From the sequence record SRR22947727_4435: a DNA stretch of 44,769 nucleotides. One strand, given 5' to 3'. The notes under the pieces were generated by a model. It had not been told where the DNA came from and searched no databases. It saw only the letters and a list, made by a program, of their open reading frames with translations. A program made the position numbers and the translations under genes. Shown piece after piece: positions 39,731 through 44,769 of the stretch (the first letter of the stretch is position 1; the number at the start of each line of letters is the position of its first letter).

Positions 39731-40756
39731 ATGCCGACGTCGCCCCCGCCTCATCAATTGCCCGATCGCAGTGATTTCACGCTGACCACGGCCGCCGAGA
39801 TCGGTGCTGCGCTTCCCCATCTGCTCGGCTTCCATCCCGAGCAATCGATCATCTGCCTGTGGTTGAAGTGTCGCCAACTGGTGGTCACCCAGCGAGCGGA
39901 TACGCCCGACGACGATCTGGCCGCGTCCAGCGAGCAGTTCACGGAATATGTGGATGCTCTGTTCGCCCCCGTGCGTGCGCTGGATGTGGACGAGGTCATC
40001 GTCGTCTATGTCGCTCGCGAACCAGTGGTCCCCGACGGCCTTGTGAGGGGTGTCGCTGAGCACTGCCCGGTGTCGGTGCGTGTCCACCTGCACATGCGTG
40101 GCGCCCGAATCCGTGAGTGCACTCCGGGTAATGACCACGGTGAGTCCTGGCGGTGGATCGGCACCAAGGAGCGGCAACAGGCAGCCGCGTGCATCGCCGC
40201 CCCACACGCGCCACGGCCGGCGCGGACGAGGCAGGCCTTGGCCGAGGAACTGTCCTATCGGCCACGTGATGGCGAGCTCGACACCGATGGTCACGCTCGG
40301 CAAGACATCCCAGTAGACGATCTGATGACCACGTTGACGATTTCGCCCCTACGGGTGTCCAGCGATGTCCTCCGGGTCAGCCTGTGTTCCGTGGCTGCCC
40401 GCGATGTTGTCCTGTGGTGCGCGGCGCGCATGGCAATGGTGGACAGGTGCGCCCTGCTGGGGTGTCTGGTAAGTGCGCTCGCTCGGACACCACCGGGTCG
40501 AGCTGCCACCATCGCCGCTGCGACGGGAGTGGTTGCGTGGCTGTGCGGCGATGGAGTCCGCGCCAATGCCGCCATCGACCGTTGCTTGATCGAAGATCCC
40601 GACAACCGCATGGGGATCTTGATCGCCGGAATCGTCCGTCACGGTGTGCCGCCCAACGAACTCGAGTCGCTGCTTCGTGAGATGCCCGAAGAAACTCTCG
40701 ACGGCGGTGAGTGCCACGTGGACGGGGTTCGCCCGAGCCGCTATAGTCTTAAGTAG
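39731..40756 (+). CDS. DUF4192 family protein
   Basis: ALPHLLGFHPEQS N-terminus and WLCGDGVRANAAIDR C-terminus. Confidence 0.85.
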   Translation: MPTSPPPHQLPDRSDFTLTTAAEIGAALPHLLGFHPEQSIICLWLKCRQLVVTQRADTPDDDLAASSEQFTEYVDALFAPVRALDVDEVIVVYVAREPVVPDGLVRGVAEHCPVSVRVHLHMRGARIRECTPGNDHGESWRWIGTKERQQAAACIAAPHAPRPARTRQALAEELSYRPRDGELDTDGHARQDIPVDDLMTTLTISPLRVSSDVLRVSLCSVAARDVVLWCAARMAMVDRCALLGCLVSALARTPPGRAATIAAATGVVAWLCGDGVRANAAIDRCLIEDPDNRMGILIAGIVRHGVPPNELESLLREMPEETLDGGECHVDGVRPSRYSLK

Positions 40757-40858
40757 GTCAAGAGTTCCAGCGTTAAGCCCTGGCTAGCTGGACGGCAACC
40801 CTCCAACCGCGGTGGGGTGCTCCGGTGGAGACCTGGCCCTTTACGGGCAAGTGCGGTC
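40756..40858 (+). ncRNA. SAM-IV riboswitch
   Basis: GGTCAAGAGTTCCAGCGTTAAGCCCTGGCTAGCTGGACGGCAACCCTCCAACCGCGGTGGGGTG...GACC...GCAAGTGCGG closely follows the SAM-IV consensus, and it lies upstream of metY-metX. Confidence 0.9.
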
Positions 40859-41097
40859 TTGCGCAGGGCAAGGCCCCCGAAGAATGCGAGGTCTGACTTG
40901 CGCTGTACCTGTCCCAGCTAGTGATCCGGCGCCACGGCCTTCGGCGGTGAGCGCCATCAGCACCCTTCTATCGGCGTCCCGGACGCCCGCCGAACCCTTG
41001 TGCGGCTCGGGGGACAACGGGCTCATCCGATAACCGCACGACAAGCACGACCAAACCAAGACGAAACTCATCACCTACGAAACTTGAGGAGATTCCC

Positions 41098-42414
41098 ATG
41101 AGCGAGGGCTGGTCTTTCGAAACCAAGCAGATTCACGCGGGGCAAGCGCCCGACGGAGCCACGAACGCCCGTGCGCTACCGATCTACCAGACGACGTCGT
41201 ACACGTTCAACGACACGACGCACGCAGCCAACCTCTTCGCACTGAAGGAGTTGGGCAACATCTACACCCGAATCATGAACCCGACGCAAGCGGTTGTCGA
41301 AGACCGCATTGCTGCCCTGGAAGGCGGTGTCGGAGGCCTCCTCGTCGCTAGTGGCCAGTCGGCGGAGTTCCTGGCGATCGCCAATATCGCCGAGATGGGC
41401 TCACACATAGTGGCCAGCCCGAGTTTGTATGGCGGAACGGTCAATCTGTTCCAACACACGCTGCCGAAGTTCGGAATCGAAGTGTCGTTCGTGGACGATG
41501 CAAACAATCTGGATTCCTGGCGTGCTGCGGTGCGACCGAACACCAAAGCCTTCTTCGGAGAATCCATCGCCAATCCGTTGATCGAGATCCTCGACATCGA
41601 AGGAATCGCGGGAGTTGCCCACGAAGCCGGCGTACCCTTGATTGTCGACAACACCGTTGCCACTCCGTACTTGATCCGCCCGCTGGAGTGGGGAGCGGAC
41701 ATCGTCGTCCACAGCGCGACGAAGTACATCGGTGGCCATGGCACGGCAGTCGCCGGAGCCATCGTCGATAGTGGCAACTTCGACTACAGCGCAGATCCCG
41801 GCCGATACCCAGGATTCAACACGCCCGACGACTCCTACAACGGGCTCGTGTACGCGCGTGACCTTGGGCCCGACGGTCTGTTCGGGGTCAATGTCTCGTT
41901 CATCATGAAGGCCCGGGTGCAGCTTCTGCGTGATCTCGGCGCCGCCGCAGCACCTTTCAATGCGTTCCTGATCTCGCAGGGGCTGGAGACCTTGAGTCTG
42001 CGCGTCCAGCGTCACAGCGAAAATGCCTTGAGTGTGGCGAAGTGGCTCGAGGATAGAGACGAGGTTATCTCGGTCAACTACGCCGGCCTTGAGTCAAGCC
42101 CCTGGCATGACCTCAGCAAAAAGTACGCACCTAGAGGCACGGGAGGCGTATTGAGCTTCGAAATTGCCGGTGGAATCGAGGCGGGCCAGAAGTTCGTCGA
42201 GGGGCTGGAGTTGCACAGTCACGTGGCGAATATCGGTGACGTTCGGTCGCTGGTCATTCACCCCGCGTCGACAACGCACTCCCAGCTGACGCCCGAGCAG
42301 CAACTGGCTGCGGGTGTGACGCCGGGTCTCGTTCGCCTGGCCGTTGGATTGGAAGCACTCGACGACATCCTGGCGGATCTCGACGCCGGCTTCCGATCGG
42401 CCAAGCAGGGCTGA
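41098..42414 (+). CDS. metY: O-acetylhomoserine/O-acetylserine sulfhydrylase
   Basis: PIYQTTSY, IYTRIMNPT, PLP-lysine motif HSATKYIGGHG and HPASTTH. Confidence 0.95.
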   Translation: MSEGWSFETKQIHAGQAPDGATNARALPIYQTTSYTFNDTTHAANLFALKELGNIYTRIMNPTQAVVEDRIAALEGGVGGLLVASGQSAEFLAIANIAEMGSHIVASPSLYGGTVNLFQHTLPKFGIEVSFVDDANNLDSWRAAVRPNTKAFFGESIANPLIEILDIEGIAGVAHEAGVPLIVDNTVATPYLIRPLEWGADIVVHSATKYIGGHGTAVAGAIVDSGNFDYSADPGRYPGFNTPDDSYNGLVYARDLGPDGLFGVNVSFIMKARVQLLRDLGAAAAPFNAFLISQGLETLSLRVQRHSENALSVAKWLEDRDEVISVNYAGLESSPWHDLSKKYAPRGTGGVLSFEIAGGIEAGQKFVEGLELHSHVANIGDVRSLVIHPASTTHSQLTPEQQLAAGVTPGLVRLAVGLEALDDILADLDAGFRSAKQG

Positions 42415-42416
42415 CC

Positions 42417-43622
42417 TTGTCTGCACCGGCAGATTCCATCAACTATCAGGGCCCCCCTCCCGCGAGCGCAGCCTGGCGGGAGGGGGACGACCCTGGTGAT
42501 CGTCGATTCCTGACGATCGGGGAGTTTGCGACCGAGTCCACGATCGTTCTTCCTAATGTCACGGTGGCGTATGAGACGTGGGGAACTCTGGCGCCGGATG
42601 GTCACAATGCGATCTACATCTGCCATGCCCTGACCGGTGACTCGCACGTCACCGGCCCGGTGGGACCGGGACACCGAACGGCTGGATGGTGGTTGGGACT
42701 GGTCGGTCCGGGTATGCCGATCGATACGAATCGCTGGTTTGTCGTGTGCGCGAACGTCCTGGGCGGATGCCAAGGCACAACAGGTCCGTCGAGCGCCGGT
42801 CCGGATGGCCTCCCCTGGGGCAGCCGCTTCCCAACCGTGACGGTGGCCGACATGGTGGACGTCGAGCGAGCGCTCGCTGACCACCTAGGGATCGATCAGT
42901 GGCTGCTCATGTTGGGTCCGTCGCTGGGCGGTATGCGCGTCCTCGAGTGGCTCGTTCGGTACCCAGAACGCGTCCGAGGGGGATTGGTGCTCGGCTCCAC
43001 GGCTGCGGTTACCGCGGACCAAATCGGTACACACGCCGCACAGATCGAAGCCATTAGAGCGGATCCGGCATTCAACAATGGTGACTACTACGACGCGCCT
43101 GCCGGACAGGGCCCGCACCGTGGCATGGGCGTGGCGCGGCGCATTGCGCATTTGACGTACCGCAGCGAGACCGAGCTCGATCTGCGCTTCGGCCGCAGCC
43201 CGCAGCGAGACGAAGATCCCTACGGTGCCGACGCTTCGCGGTCACGGGGTCGGTTCGCCGTCGAGTCCTACCTTGATCATCACGCGGAGAAGCTCACTCG
43301 ACGGTTCGACGCAAACACCTATGTTGCGCTGACCGAGGCGATGAGCCTGTTCGATGTCGGTCGAGGCCGAGGGGGAGTTGCGAGCGCCCTGTCGACCATT
43401 CACGCACCACTCACGGTGGTCGGAATTGATAGTGACCGACTCTTCCCACTGCGGCTGCAATCGGAATTGGTGGAGCTCACCCCCGGTGCAGATGAACTTC
43501 ACGTTCTTCGATCCCCCTACGGTCATGACGGGTTCCTCGTGGAGGACGAGCAGGTGGGGGCATTCATTCACCATGCGATCGACCGAGCGACCTCTGACCA
43601 GCGCGGAAACCCTCGGCCCTGA
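42417..43622 (+). CDS. metX: Homoserine O-acetyltransferase
   Basis: HALTGDSH, NVLGGCQGTTGP, nucleophile GPSLGG and GHDGFL. Confidence 0.93.
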   Translation: MSAPADSINYQGPPPASAAWREGDDPGDRRFLTIGEFATESTIVLPNVTVAYETWGTLAPDGHNAIYICHALTGDSHVTGPVGPGHRTAGWWLGLVGPGMPIDTNRWFVVCANVLGGCQGTTGPSSAGPDGLPWGSRFPTVTVADMVDVERALADHLGIDQWLLMLGPSLGGMRVLEWLVRYPERVRGGLVLGSTAAVTADQIGTHAAQIEAIRADPAFNNGDYYDAPAGQGPHRGMGVARRIAHLTYRSETELDLRFGRSPQRDEDPYGADASRSRGRFAVESYLDHHAEKLTRRFDANTYVALTEAMSLFDVGRGRGGVASALSTIHAPLTVVGIDSDRLFPLRLQSELVELTPGADELHVLRSPYGHDGFLVEDEQVGAFIHHAIDRATSDQRGNPRP

Positions 43623-43693
43623 GCGGATGCACTCATCCACAGGCGCGTTGCGACGGGTATCCCGCGTAACCGCGGTGGACGTACGGTCGACAG

Positions 43694-44587
43694 GTGCCGG
43701 ATCGAGTGCTCCCAGGCGCCCTGATGATGGGCGCCAGTGTCTGTGCAGCGATCGGTCTCAGTCTCAGTATCGGCCCTAACGAGGCATCTTCAGCCGCCCG
43801 GGCGGTGGAGGTGGGTGAAGTCAACATCGTCGGGGACGACGAGATTGATCGTTTTGTTGGATCCGGGGCGGTGTTCTTACCGTCGAATGTGTCTGCTGCA
43901 CGTCGTCAGCAGGCCGCCTCGTGTCACGGATGCCGATGGAAGGTCACTGCTCCGTGTCTACGAGAGGACGAGCACAGCGACGCTGGATGTCGAGGGAGTG
44001 TTTTGGGCTGCCCCCAGGGGCGGGAGATCGGTCGAGCCTGGCTGGCTCGTCCCGGCGCAGACTTCGAGCCGGTGGGACTGTTTTGCCCCGACGACGGAGA
44101 GGTGACGTCGGTCGCGGACATGAGCACGCGCATCCGCGGCGACATCGTGGAACGGGTACCCCCGTTAGAACCGGAATGTCTGCCGGCGCGGGGTGCGGTT
44201 GTCGGCCTTGACCTGCACTGCCGATCGGGACAACCGTCCGCTCGGCTCGGATGGTCCTCGACCGTGGTGGGCCACGCGGTCGTTGCTGAGGCGAGCGCTA
44301 CGTGGACCTGGGCCTTTCAGCAACGGGCTCGAGGGGTTTCCAGCACCCCAACCCCGACGGCGCAGTGGGTGCACACGGTCGGCTTTCCCGGTCGGGCGTA
44401 TCCCGAGGCCGGTGTTCGACAGGCATTCACCGATGCCGGACGCCACCGCGTCCAGGTGCGGTCGGCCTGGCAAGGCCGCTACTGGGTCGATGGCGTCGGG
44501 CCATTCGATGTGCATGATCAGGTGCGCCAGGGGGACGCCTGGGAGGTGGGTGTCGGGTCGGCCATGGGGGTCCTCGTGCACGAATAA
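43694..44587 (+). CDS. Hypothetical secreted, Cys-rich protein
   Basis: N-terminal hydrophobic segment, 8 Cys in the mature part and a beta-rich Trp-containing C-terminus. Start is uncertain. Confidence 0.6.
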   Translation: MPDRVLPGALMMGASVCAAIGLSLSIGPNEASSAARAVEVGEVNIVGDDEIDRFVGSGAVFLPSNVSAARRQQAASCHGCRWKVTAPCLREDEHSDAGCRGSVLGCPQGREIGRAWLARPGADFEPVGLFCPDDGEVTSVADMSTRIRGDIVERVPPLEPECLPARGAVVGLDLHCRSGQPSARLGWSSTVVGHAVVAEASATWTWAFQQRARGVSSTPTPTAQWVHTVGFPGRAYPEAGVRQAFTDAGRHRVQVRSAWQGRYWVDGVGPFDVHDQVRQGDAWEVGVGSAMGVLVHE

Positions 44588-44694
44588 GACGGGCATGGCA
44601 CACTTCGGCTACGCCCGACAAGCCGATCACGGCTTGACTCGGGCTCTTATCGTGGCTCTCGAGAGTGCCCAGGGGAAAGGTGCGCCCACTCACA

Positions 44695-44769
44695 ATGGCA
44701 ACAACCGCGAAGAAGGCTCCTGCGAAGAAGACGGCCGTCAAGAAGGCTCCCGCGAAGAAGGCTCCCGCG
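44695..44769 (+). CDS. Partial CDS with PAKK repeats; probably the N-terminus of principal sigma factor RpoD (or a histone-like protein)
   Basis: MATTAKKAPAKKTAVKKAPAKKAPA, open to the window end. DUF4192 genes commonly precede rpoD in actinobacteria (synteny inference only). Confidence 0.5.
   Translation, partial: MATTAKKAPAKKTAVKKAPAKKAPA

Noticed and set aside
44701..44769. AAGAAGGCTCC repeats as a DNA repeat element
   Set aside because: They are in-frame coding repeats (KKAPA) of a protein N-terminus.

Overview
High-GC actinobacterial chromosomal segment (Actinomycetota, judged from gene order, ThyX, ClgR, DUF3046, DUF4192, NrdJ, a SAM-IV riboswitch and TCGAAC-N4-GTTCGA SOS boxes). It is mostly the conserved core block thyX-dapA-rnj-ftsK-rimO-pgsA-cinA-clgR-(nei-lhr)-recA-recX-miaB-miaA-dapF-hflX-dinG-lexA-LysM-nrdR-nrdJ, followed by two aldo-keto reductases, metY-metX under a SAM-IV riboswitch, and the start of a Lys/Ala-rich protein that is probably RpoD. 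I found no rRNA, tRNA, CRISPR array, IS or prophage, and no clearly novel multi-gene system. The most notable oddities are: an internal deletion fusing the start of lhr to the middle of nei; an eroded amine-oxidase fragment; a RodZ reduced to its HTH domain; an atypical double-module sensor kinase/response regulator pair followed by an orphan palindrome and G-loop hairpin; a sulfotransferase-MFS insertion that carries the recA SOS box; NrdR boxes overlapped by DnaA-box-like repeats; and many apparent leaderless promoters. All family assignments come from motif recognition by eye, not database searches.
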